DNA of 64,000 nt. Source: Podarcis gaigeae. Its lineage: Eukaryota. The notes beneath the pieces are model-generated. The model ran no database searches, had not been told where the DNA came from, and saw only the letters and a list, made by a program, of their open reading frames with translations. The stretch lies in NCBI GenBank assembly GCA_964106915.2, contig OZ066917.1, one strand, 5' to 3'. The position numbers and the translations under genes are program-made. Positions 24,046 to 35,615 of the stretch are shown here, piece by piece (the stretch's first letter is position 1; every line of letters begins with the position of its first letter).

Positions 24046-27012
24046 AAAAAGCTGTGCATATATTTTTAGTGATAGAAAGGGAAATTTAGTTTCCCCAACA
24101 TGTAGGTTTTGGCTCTGTCGGCTTTGTTGCAGGTCAAGTTATCTCATGCTATAAATGAGATGGCTTGGATAGACAGCACAGGACAGGGAAATAATGGAGT
24201 ATTTATTATCATTTTGAAGTAAAAATACAACATAGGACCTGAAGAGAAGGCACGAGACAGGTGTTGATCATCAAGTGAGCTGCGCACAGGTGGTCTGAAG
24301 CGAGTGAGCGAGCTACCACCATTCCTGTGGAGCCTCCTTTTATTGAGACAAACATGCAAGCTAGGGAAATACATTTTGGGGCTGTGACCGTTACACATCT
24401 TCCGTCTCAAGATTGTGGGGTGGTACGAAGCTATTTTGGCACCTGTTCCACAGCATCATTTTCCCCTTGCACAGTGTATGATGTATGAGACAAAGGTCTC
24501 ATGGAAAAGGGTTACAGACAGGACACCGCTGACTGCTGAGACCGCAAAAGGTCAGACTTAGGAAACGATGTTCCAAACAGCCATGGCTTGTCTGAGGGGC
24601 AGTTTTCCCTGCACCCCAGGGTCACGCGTGCAGGCAGATTGTGGCTGCCTGCTGGTGGGGAAGTGTGCTCCCTCCAGACCCTACTCCCCACTCCGCGATA
24701 TCCCTACAAGGACCGCTAAGGCATATAGTCAAATCGAGTCTCAGGTTAAAAGACCCAGAGAACAAACAACACTGCACGGAAGATGTGGCCTTTCAAAAGG
24801 CATGCATTACGGGTATAATCCAGCCAACGTTGAGCACATAGCCAAATGGTCTTTGGTCTCCTTTACAATCCATTAAGATGATTCAGTAGATTGGTTTTTG
24901 CTTGAACTCATGTCACGAATGGTTACCATTATTGGAGATGAGAAAATTTTCCTCAGAGCACATTGACTAAGTAACTCAATACAGCTTTTTTCCTCCTGCA
25001 GTACTTGTCTGAGCTCAGGTACATGGGTATCCCAGACTGAATTTAAGGCAGGTGACTTGTGGTGCCATGCTTTTGGAGGTGCCTGTCAACTATTCACTGA
25101 AGAAATGAAGTGAAGACTGAAAAACAATTCATCTTTACTTGTAATGCTGTCAACACTGACCAGTAAAGCTGCAAGGCCAGTCTTGCATTAATATAATGAC
25201 AATGAAAATCTGTAACATCACTGCCCATTGAACAAACTGCATGTATGTATAAAATCCATATGTGAAATTTATAGGGCAGAGATAAAAAAATGCATACAAC
25301 ATGAAAAGTGGTACAAATACACTAAAAATAAGATTCAGATAATAAATAATATAGGCTTTCAAAGTTGAGCAAGTGGAACATGGTGCCAGAGATACTCCCC
25401 TCCAAGGGCACCATTTGAGCTAGGACCACTGTTGTGTTTTCTGGAATAACTGTTCTCCTAACATTTTTGCAATGCAGTTCTTTGCTTGAAGTATATTGTG
25501 ACATCTGTTGCATAGATTAGGAGGCTGCTGCTCTTAGCTTTGATTAATTGGTTGCCTAACATAGCTATTTGGTAATTTTGACCATTATTATGTGATACGA
25601 GCCACATAACAAAAGAATTGCACCCCACCCAACCACCTCAACACAATGAGCTGGACATACCATCTTTTTAATTGGTCCTGTTCTTCTCCTAGGCACAACT
25701 GCAAAGCGCTCATGACATGAAATTGCAATTTTATTTGCACACCTTTGTCTTCCAAGCCTCATGGGCCACCTCATATTGAACATGTTACAATATACTGTCT
25801 GCTTCAAATATTAACATATCAGTACTCATGTGGCCCTCGGTAGATTGCGAAAACTAAAAATGTGGTAATCATCAAAGCGCCATGCAAAGCCATAATGTAT
25901 ACCATATGTTGATCCTGTATCAACCCAGTACATAGGCTCCCCAAGCAAAATGTTAGATGCAAAATGTTCCAGAATATAATTTGCAGCAACACAAATTACA
26001 AGAGGCAATTTTCACTGAAATTATTATTTTAAAAGAAATAAAAATGAGCAGCATGCTGCAGTTTTCCTTGACCAATCAATTCTTATTTCAAAAGGTTTTA
26101 ACAAATATTTAAAATGTATGAAGGAAAACATATGGAGGAGCTTTCTGCATGAAAATGCCTCCCTCAAACTTTCTGAAGTGAATGAAACCAAACATTCATC
26201 TCGGATTCATCAAGATAAATAATAATGTAACTATAGGAAGAAACATATTTGTGAAATCTAAAATTTTGCCTTAGGTACTCCTTCAGATGCAAGATGTTGG
26301 AATCTAATACCTTCATCTGCTTGGAAGTCCACTTTAAGTCGATAGGAAAACACAGATATGAAGATAAATAAAAGCTTTGCAGTCTACTGAGTTTCTTAGA
26401 ACTATTCTTATTGATCCAGTGTTTAATGCCTAATTTTTAAAGTCTCTCCAAAGGCAAGAGGCAAAACTTCAGTGCAAGGGATATTTATAAAGGGTTGAAG
26501 GAAGGGGTAGAGCCAGAATTTGGGAACATAACATTTTGTAGCCTAAAGTCTTCTATAACAATCATATTTAATGATTCTTCACAGGGTTATGTGGATATTA
26601 TGGGGCTGTTTTATGAGACACAGCTGAGGTCCCCCCCCCTAAAAGATTCTCATATTACTTGGAGATGAAGACCACATGTGTATAGCTTTCCCCACCTTTT
26701 AAAACACAAAGAAATATAAACTCATAGTGGGACCTAGTGATGTTGTATGGTTGCCAGCAGGTTGTTAATCAATGAAGAGTGGGCCATAAATAAATAACAA
26801 CAACCACAACCATCCTTGGGAAACAAACAAAGCAGAGTCCAGCAGTTAGAGGGTGGCACCCAGTGGTATAGAGGCCCACAAAAAAATGAAATACAAAATA
26901 CTGGAGATCTGGGTAATAAAAAAAAAAATTAATGCTATATTTTCTGTTTCTGTATGGTAAGTGAAATACTTTCAAAAGTAGCGTTTTGAAATAATATAAT
27001 TCTATCCAATTA

Positions 27013-27221
27013 CAGTGGTACTTCTGTTTCCAAACGTCTCTGCTGACAAACATTTTGTTTTCCGAATGCCGTAAACCTGGAAGTAAATGCTTCAGTTTTC
27101 GAACACGCCTCAGAAGTCGAACATGCCACGCGGCTTCCGTATTGAGTTTTCGGTTTTCAAAAGTTTCAGAACTCGAACAGTCTTCTGGAACGGATTACGT
27201 TCAAAAACCAAGGTGCCACTG
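27013..27221. mobile_element. Tc1/mariner (pogo/Tigger-like) MITE
   Basis: TA|CAGTGGTACTT...AGGTGCCACTG|TA; TA on both flanks. Confidence 0.85.
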
Positions 27222-30200
27222 TACACTGCAACTAGATCCAGGATATGGGAAGTTAGAGTCGCTAGTGCCTTTGTCTGGATTATTAAACCATTCTCTCCAA
27301 TAATTGACAGATGAAGACAGGAATATGCTTGTAACAAAGGCTGAACTAAAAAACCATTAGCTCAAAAATTGGGAAGTGGACCTAAAATGGCAGGACTGAA
27401 GTCTTGTGGGGTGTGGCAAGTGTAGCTGTAAAATATATGGCAGTGGGGTGGGGCTTTTTGGCTGCAATGGCAGCTTCTCCCTTATTTGTTGCCCTTTCCT
27501 TCCTCTTCCTGATGACTTCTCCGTAGTTAAGGGAGCAGGGAGCTCTTCAGCTGGAGTGTCACCTGCTTCCACTCCATCTGACCATATCAAACCATTATTT
27601 CCAAGCACAGTACTCAGAACCTCCAAGTCACGTGACCCACGTGTGATCATGGAGCCTCAAAACACACATTTTGGTATGCTGCACAAGATTGTGGTACCAG
27701 AAAAAGCACTTGATCTCACACGATCATGGTGACCCAAATGGCTGCTGTGACCCCGTCGGGAAAACCGGAATGTCCCAGTTTTTCTGGGACACTTGTGGGG
27801 TATGCAGTACTAACCATTTTGCTGACATGGGGCAAGTGGGCAGCAAGACATTCACATTATCCCTCTTGTTGTAATTTGCTAAATGCTTGCTTTCTGCCAG
27901 CTGTCCCATTATATTGTGTGCATGCTCGGTAATGTTCTGGGGATGTGAAGAGATTTTGCCTGTGCTAGCTACAGAATTGTTCCAGAGGAATGAACTGCAA
28001 TGAACTGCCAGATTTGCTATTAGTGTATAGATGAGTGAGGTTGTTGTTTCTTAGCTATAACTTCTGAGGATGTTTATACTTGCTGATAATTTGATGAAAG
28101 GTTCCTGCCATTCTATTCTCTCTCTTGGGGTTATACTTAATAAAAGTCTAGTGCAGTCTATACTGAAATAATACGCTGTCTCAAGTATTGTTGCTTTTGT
28201 TGATTTTTCTACATAATACAGTGTTTTATGATGGAGAGTGGAGTATTTTATGAACAGAAAGATTTCCACTAGATTTATGTCCCATTTATATGAGGCCAAT
28301 AGATTGCAATAGCACGTGTAAGAACGCTGAAGCAAAAAAACAAACTGTACTTATGTCAAGGAGATGGATTTCGGTTGTAAAGAATATGTGTAAGAATAAG
28401 ATAAAGACATAATACCGTCTTAAGGCCTTTCCCTCTTGATGCAGTTATATATGTTATTGCACATATGCAGTGAGGTCCCTGGCCCTTTAAAAATGTAATA
28501 TTATGCAAAGGCATCTGCCTTGGTTAAAATGCAGATGGAGAACAGAGGCACAATGGATAATAATGTAACACACACGTAACACAACGGCACACACTGCAGG
28601 ACCTGCAGATTAGGAGTAATTATTAAGCTCTCCTTAGGCGTTATCCAGATATAGAAAGAAACATATGAGGTGGATAATGGGGTGGCTGCCTTCGTGTTTT
28701 CATCACCTTCCCACATGTGGAAGGTGACTGTCTGCAGAGAGGAGACTCCTGTATCAGTTGTGGCTTCTGCATGTGTTTTAGAACCTTGGAAAATCTGGGC
28801 TTCAAATTGTGAAGGTATTGTCCAGAAATACTAAAGTCTTCCTGCTTCACCCAGTCCTCTTTCATTAGTAGGAATTAATGAGAATGGGGGTAGAGAGAGG
28901 TGGAGGTAGCATACCTGCTCCTGCTGCCCCCCCCCCTTATTTACTTCCGCATTTGGGTGATGCCTGAAGAGGGTTTGCATGTCTCCTGTTTTCTTGGAGA
29001 CAGAAGGAGACAGAAGAGTCATCAATGACCGCAATGTTCATCACAGCATCAGCAACAACAAGGCTAAACAGTTCTTGACCACATATATGAGGATGGGTAG
29101 CAATTTCATGGAGGTTGTTGACTCTCTCCTTGACCCAGTCTGGCCCTGATTTGGTGGTTGTTGTTGCTGCTTTTTGTGGAACTGAGGTAGCAGGGGCTTA
29201 GCTACCTATGGGGCCATTAGAAAGATCTAACCCACCTCCCCCACAATTCATCATTATGATAGGTAGACCATTTGTATTTAATAAATGAAAGAAATAACAA
29301 AGCTGAACAATCACATTGGAACAGAATAATCACTTATATGTGGTAACTCAATGCAAAAAAAGGAGGAGGATTGAATAGAGTCACTTTCAATGACTACTCT
29401 AGCGTATTTAGATGGGGTCTGGAGGTCTTCTTTCATCCTCTCCAGTTTCCAGGCTTGCTTACATTTACCTAAATATATTTAATATTGGAATCTTTGGGAA
29501 TACTCTCCAGGCTACCCCATGCATTCTCTGTTTGAGTAAAACATTTACACTCAAGGAATAAAAGCAAACAGAATTGAAACACTGAAGCAGAGAAATGTGT
29601 CTTTCCGGAGCTTCTGTGATATTTATGCATGTTGGAATTGTTGTGTATTGATTTGGTTTTGAAACATCACAAGTCATACTAAAAGCAAAGAACTCATTTA
29701 TCCTTAGCACAAAACACACAATAAACAAGCTTATTGTTTGAAAGTTTCAGTTGGGATATGCAGTACACATATTCAATTATCATAAACAAATTTAAGTGCA
29801 AACTGCCAAGTGTTGTTGCCATTTGAATTGCTTACTATTACTCCTTTTATATCTTCCAGATTTTGCAATAACCTCATCAAGATGAAATGCCTCTGGCAGC
29901 AATTCATTAATAAAGAACAGTCTAAAAAAACCTCTCAGACAACTGGGATGAGAAAGGTGAAATCAGAAAGAGTCATATGGATTCCATTCTAAAAAGGTCT
30001 GTAGCTGCTTACAGCTCTTTCCTATCACTATGAATATTCATAATTTGTATTCCTGCTGATCCCCAAGAGTTATTGGTGGTTTTTTTTTATTATACCCCTT
30101 AACAGATGACAAATGAGAATGGGGTACATATACCATCTTCAGTGAGTTATATGTTTCTAAAGGGTGATTGCTTGTAAACGCTTATCATGTATTAACTTCA

Positions 30201-30577
30201 GATTCAGCATGCAGTAATAACATGCATAAAATATAGATGCCAATTTGGAGATGAGTGGGGCACCAGAGAAGAGTATCATAGCTCTGTCCGCCCATTGCTG
30301 TGGTTTTACAGGTTTCTAAAATGTGCAAGGGAACAAAATGCTTCCCATTGTAAAAGCTTACCTTTTATGAAATGGAAGGTGATCCGAACTGCTACCAGGG
30401 GATCTAGCTCACTCATCACCACTGTCCTCTGACGTGTTTATTTTAACCTAGCTGTAATGCCCGAAGAGCACTCAAGTCTGTTGATAAATCTCCTTCTGGA
30501 CTCTGCCATTTCTGACTGCACCTAATTGGATGGTTTCACATTAAAGAAAAAGTCCCGGCACACTGAAAATTAGCTTG

Positions 30578-30613
30578 TGAGATTAAGAATCTCATTCTCT
30601 AACAACTGAGCTA
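30578..30613 (-). mobile_element. tRNA-Lys(CTT)-derived SINE head fragment
   Basis: Minus strand TAGCTCAGTTGTTAGAGAATGAGATTCTTAATCTCA aligns to the D arm and anticodon arm of vertebrate tRNA-Lys(CTT); T arm absent. Confidence 0.65.
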
Positions 30614-31124
30614 CACCAACTTATTCATTTAAAGGAATGTTTTATTAGGCCTTTAGTAATACATAAAATATAAACTAGATTTAAAAAAAAAAAATTCAGT
30701 GCAGTGTCTCACTACTGTATATGCTTTAGTTCATCAACTACAATTCAACTATTTCAAGTTTTCTTTCCTTTATTCTCTCAGTGCCTTCTCAGTGTGACCA
30801 ATTTGCTCTTGGAAGCCCACCATTCAGCCTGTTACAAAGTAAACTCTCACTATTATTTGATCAAATTGATTGGAAAACAAGATGACACGACCAAGAAAAG
30901 AAGATATGCTCCATCGTTCAAGCTTCAAAAATGTTGCTGTATTGTCGATGCTGACCTTTGACTCCCTTAATCACCTTCTTCTGATCCTGATCCTTAGCTC
31001 CAAATACCATACGTGTGAGCCAATGTGTTACAGTATTTGAAAGTTACAGAATCAAACTCTAATCCTAAAATCTGTGAGACGAGTTTTTATTGTTGTTCTC
31101 TTTGGGGAAAGGCACTTAGGGCAT

Positions 31125-31140
31125 TGTGTGTGTGTGTGTG
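31125..31140. repeat. (TG)8 microsatellite
   Basis: Seen directly. Confidence 0.9.
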
Positions 31141-31523
31141 TATTCTCTTTTAAAGCAGTATCACCTTACTTTTTATAGTTACATTGCTTTCCTTTCTGCA
31201 AATTCTTATGTCTCCATTCTGAAGGTGTCCCAATGAAAAAAAAATCTCTAAAATCTGAGGCCCAATCATAAATGAAATCTTCCTAGCTTCTCCTTCGTTT
31301 TTACTTTGTAGGGTGGGCTCCTTGTACAATCAAAGGAGGAAAATAAATTTATAAAGGCATTAGGAAGTATGATAATGAAACATTTGCTTTAACTGTGGTT
31401 TTTTGTGTTTTTTTTAAGAAAATCACAGACTTCCCCCATTCAGTCTTCAAGCTAACATTACCCTGCAGTTGAAGTAGAAGTACAGAACCTATGGCTCACC
31501 AGATATTGTTGTAGTCTAACGCC

Positions 31524-32058
31524 CAGTGCTTTTTTTTCAGCAGAGCGCAGTTCCTGCACCTCTCAGGTGGGTGCCATTGCGGGCCAGTGCTTCCCGCTTC
31601 TGCTTCTTGCCTTTACATACTTCTGAGAAGCCCAAAACGAACATTTCAAGTCAAAACAGAAGTTGGCCAGCATGTGAGAGTCTACTCTTTTTTTAAAAAA
31701 AAAAAAATCTATGATTCCACCTAGCTCCTAACTGCTCCTAGTTGTGATTGGTCAAACTACTATGGGTTAGGGCCAATTCATATTTCCTTTTCTTTAATCC
31801 ATCTCTTGTGTAGTGGCAACAAACTTTAAGCTTTCCCGCCAGGCCTCTACCTTTGTACCTGTGCGTGTTTGTGCAATGACCTTTCTGAGCTGCCGTAGCC
31901 ATCTGCCTGAATCTAAGAGAACGAGGGAGGTGGGTGATGCATTTAATTGACCATCACCAGAACCAGGGGCACCGGCATCTGTTCAGGGCTGCCCTGAGCC
32001 ACCCAACGACTTACTGTAACAACTTCAGCACCTATTGTTCTTGGGGAGAAAAGCACTC
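31524..32058. mobile_element. TIR element nested in a hAT-type MITE
   Basis: Termini CAGTGCTTTT / AAAAGCACT(C); flanks 31485-31523 and 32059-32140 are the two halves of a MITE resembling 21504-21639 (CCAGATATTGTT.. left; GGATGATGAGAGTTGTAGTCC right). Confidence 0.55.
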
Positions 32059-33877
32059 CCATGAGTCCAAGTCAGCAAAGTCAAGGATGATGAGAGTTGT
32101 AGTCCAATGACATTTGGAGTGTCACAGGTTACCCGCCATTGCTTTAGGGCTTCAAAAGTCAAACCTCTGTTAACAATGCTGAGAAACAGCCCAATAGCCT
32201 AACCAGATCATTAAGCATTGTGCTGTGGTGGTACAGGAATGGGCATGAGCAGTATACAGCTCACAGTCTTTTTTCAGAGCAGGAGCAATGATACCCTCTG
32301 CCAGGGTGATTCATTAATGGATCCTTCTTGCTCTGGGTGAAGCTGAAGTCTCAACAAGGATGCACTTTTAAATAGGGATAAAATACAATTTCCTATAAAA
32401 TTAGAATTATCGAAAAGGGAAATTTCAAATCTCTATATTTAACCACCCAGATTTCTCTTTTCACCCAGATATGGGAACTGAAAATTACACATTTTGTCAG
32501 CAAAATCTGACACATTTAATGCATGCACACTGATACATTCAGCATGACACCGGCTTTGGCATCCCTTAAAGTAATGGCATACTTCCTCAGCTCAAAAAAC
32601 CCTTGAGACAGTCACACAGCATGGGCTTTCTTTGAACTGTTACCTGTAGCAGTCCAACAGCTGGATATTTTTAAACTCAGTGGTTCCATCTTTAGCAATA
32701 GGACCTACTGTGTCAGAAACAAAAAGCAAAAATAACCCAGGTCTAACTCCCCCTGCACCCTAGCCTTAAAATAAATGTTGAATAACACAGTCACTGTTGG
32801 GTGGTTTCAGAGTTCTTCATTTATACTCACCTATTAAAACAATGTGGATTGCTGCAATTAAAATATATAATGCTGCCTTTCTTAGCCACTAAATGAAATA
32901 TAGTACATAATTTCTGTAAATCAATATGGCTTTTCAAAAGAAACAATAATCTCTTTTAATTACACAAATCCCAATTATTTTAAAGGGAGAATGTGAATAA
33001 AGACATCAGAAGTGGGAAGAGAAATCCAACACGGATTATGTCACTCAAAATCCTATTTAAGTCTGGGGTGGGTAAATTCTGATGTGTTTGTTTGCCAAGT
33101 CCCCTTGCTAAAGATAGAACCACTGAGTTCGTGAGGTCAAGATATCTCAAATGATATTTGATACTGTTTGAATGTGCTGGTACTGGAGGAGTTTACCTGA
33201 ATCACTGCTGTCTTGTGTTTTCCAGTTCCTACAAGGTCAAATAGCTTATGAAAATCATGCTGTTTTTGCCAGTCTTATATTTCATCGCAGAAATTCCTAT
33301 GAAGAGGGAAACTCCAGAACCCATCAAAACACCATCAGTAAGACTGCAGAGCCTAAGAGTAGAATACTAATTTTTATAGCTCCAATTACATATGCATGGG
33401 GAAATCAGGTTTTTGTGGCTGAAATTAACAGAATATATCCTCAATATCCTTGTTTATTTGTTCTTCCAAAAAAAGAAAAGAAAAAGAAGGGGGAGCTCTC
33501 TAATGAAGTGAAGAGGTGAAGGTAGCTTTGAGAGGGAGGGAGGGAGTTAGCTAATTAGGCAATATCCTCTTGAATCTTTGAGATAAACTCTAGGTCAATA
33601 GCACAAAAATTAGCATAACATTCATATTAATATGTTTCAAAATCAGATACAGCAAAAGCTTACACTTGGAAATCTGTGTAATCACAGGCATCTAATTTTC
33701 AAAGAGGTTTTGGGTGCTCATTATGGTGATGGATGACAGTACTGAAAACATCAACACTTTTTTTTAGCTCAGCCCCACGATGTGTGTTCTTTACATATTT
33801 GTCCTATGGTGTTTTGCAGCTTTATAATTTAGCTATTGTCGGAAGCAGAAGAAAGATGGTTCATAGGTTCTCATATT

Positions 33878-33882
<5 letters not shown>

Positions 33883-33932
<50 letters not shown>

Positions 33933-33936
33933 TGTG
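33883..33936. repeat. Compound microsatellite (TC)16(TG)11
   Basis: Seen directly. Confidence 0.97.
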
Positions 33937-34465
33937 TTTTACATATTACTGTTTTGTCCTTGCCTTCCAGGCATGTTAGTCATAATAACTAATAATACCA
34001 TGAAAATCAGAATTCACTCCAACAGGCAGGTCACCTGGGAGGTTGATGGTACCTAAACACCTCTGGGATTGTTATGATATGATGGCACTCCAGCAGAAGT
34101 GGTGCTACATCATGATGCTGAAGGGCGACATCTCAGCACAGCATACCAATGGCAAAGGACGGAAGAACAAGTGGAATGAACTAGGGATGACTTTTTTTGC
34201 TCTTTCATCTCTAACATCTTGTTACATATGTGTGAGAAGCAAAAGGCCTGAATGCCAGAGAAAACCATGCTTGTATATTTGTAGCCTTGTTCACAATATT
34301 ATTATTTTTTAAAGTAAATGTTTTATTTAACTTCGAAATTCAGAAAAAGAACTGGGAGTAAAACTGAAACCTCATTTGTAACTTTTATTATTTTGTGCTA
34401 GGGTAAAATATGAATTGCAGTTAGTATGGTTTGAAGGTCATGTAGAACTTCTTGACACTGGATTT

Positions 34466-34586
34466 GAATCACAGAATTACAGAATTGTAACATTGGAAGA
34501 AATCAGAAGGGTCATTTAGTTCAACCCCCTGCAATGCAGGAATCTTTCACCCAATGATCAAACCCATGACCTTGAGATTATGCATC
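34466..34586 (-). mobile_element. tRNA-Lys-derived SINE with CR1-type 3' tail
   Basis: ATTCTGT(A/G)-type tail and CR1 3' end (34466-34545) joined to CACCCAA...AACCCATGACCTTGAGATTA, the complement of the tRNA-Lys T arm and anticodon arm. Confidence 0.65.
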
Positions 34587-34609
34587 TGTGCGCATAGGCA
34601 TAAAATCCT

Positions 34610-34710
34610 GTTTTTATTATGTTTTTGTATCTGTTGGAAACCACCCAGAGTGGCTGGGACAACCCAGCCAGATGGGTGGGGTATAAATACAACAACAACA
34701 ACAACAACAA
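34610..34710 (+). mobile_element. L2-type 3' terminus with (ACA)n tail
   Basis: CCACCCAGAGTGGCTGGG..AACCCAGCCAGATGGGTGGGGTATAAAT terminal stem-loop followed by a trinucleotide tail. Confidence 0.75.
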
Positions 34711-35433
34711 AATGCTTCTGGGTCAATTGATAGTAAAAGGCTGGTGATCAACTATCCAGCTCTCGCCAATGTGCAGTACCTACTGCAGCCATGGGCATCA
34801 TAGCCTGTTCTGTTATAAAGAGCCCACCAACCAACCCTAAGAAGCAGCTTCTCAGGAGGACGAGGGGGGGATGGGTAACCCAATTTTTATAAGTGGAAGT
34901 TATTTCCACTATGACAAAGCCACCTTTGGATGGAACCCAGTGCCTTAAACCAACAGTTGGCAGAAGGTGTTTTCTCCTTGGATACTAGGGATCAAAGTAA
35001 TTGAGTATGCAGTTTGTACTGCCTGCAAAGTGTTTAACAGATGACTGCAATGGAAAGTGGGAGAAAAACTGGGAATTTTCATTAGTAAGACTAGGATTTG
35101 CTACTCCAGTTTCAGAGTGACTTCTTCATACTGTAATAAGGGGGGGGGGGGGAATTAAGCAGCACGGGATGGAATCGTAAAGTCAGGGTTTCCTGTCAAT
35201 AAAGCTATGAAAGAGAAATATATAAAATATAAAGCATGTGAGAAACTGTGACTTTAAGAAGTAATTACAGATATAATCTGACTGAATACAACTAGGGATT
35301 TCCTTGTTTACTCTGGAGTTGACAACTGACTTTGATAACACACAAGTCGAAACACAGAAATATAGGAAGCATATCTTACATGCCAACCAAACTCCAGACA
35401 AAGAAATCTGAAAAGCCCATCTTACCTCCCAGC

Positions 35434-35615
35434 ATAGGAAACAAGTTAGATTACTTATTCATCTAGCCAAGTATTGTCTGCTCTGTCTAGCAGCAGGAAA
35501 CGAGAGTCTTGGGCAGGGATCTTCCATATCTCCTGCCACTTTATCCTTTTTAATGGGAGATGCTAATGATTGATGCTGGGACAAAGCATGTACTTTACTA
35601 AGCAATGGTCTCTTC
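35434..35615 (-). mobile_element. Degraded Squam3-related SINE
   Basis: CATCTAGCCAAGTATTGTCT is the complement of the AGACAATACTGAGCTAGATG body of the 23857 copy; decayed tRNA head at the right. Confidence 0.6.

Noticed and set aside
25826-25960. Minus-strand hydrophobic peptide MVYIMALHGALMITTFLVFAIYRGPHEY as a membrane-protein exon
   Set aside because: No convincing acceptor tract or donor, peptide not recognised.
29860-29956. Exon after strong acceptor CTTTTATATCTTCCAG
   Set aside because: Only a weak donor (GTGAAA) and an unrecognised peptide; such acceptors are frequent in AT-rich DNA (same for 6955 and 31311).
30578-30613. Functional tRNA-Lys gene
   Set aside because: Only D and anticodon arms with substitutions; no T arm or acceptor stem.
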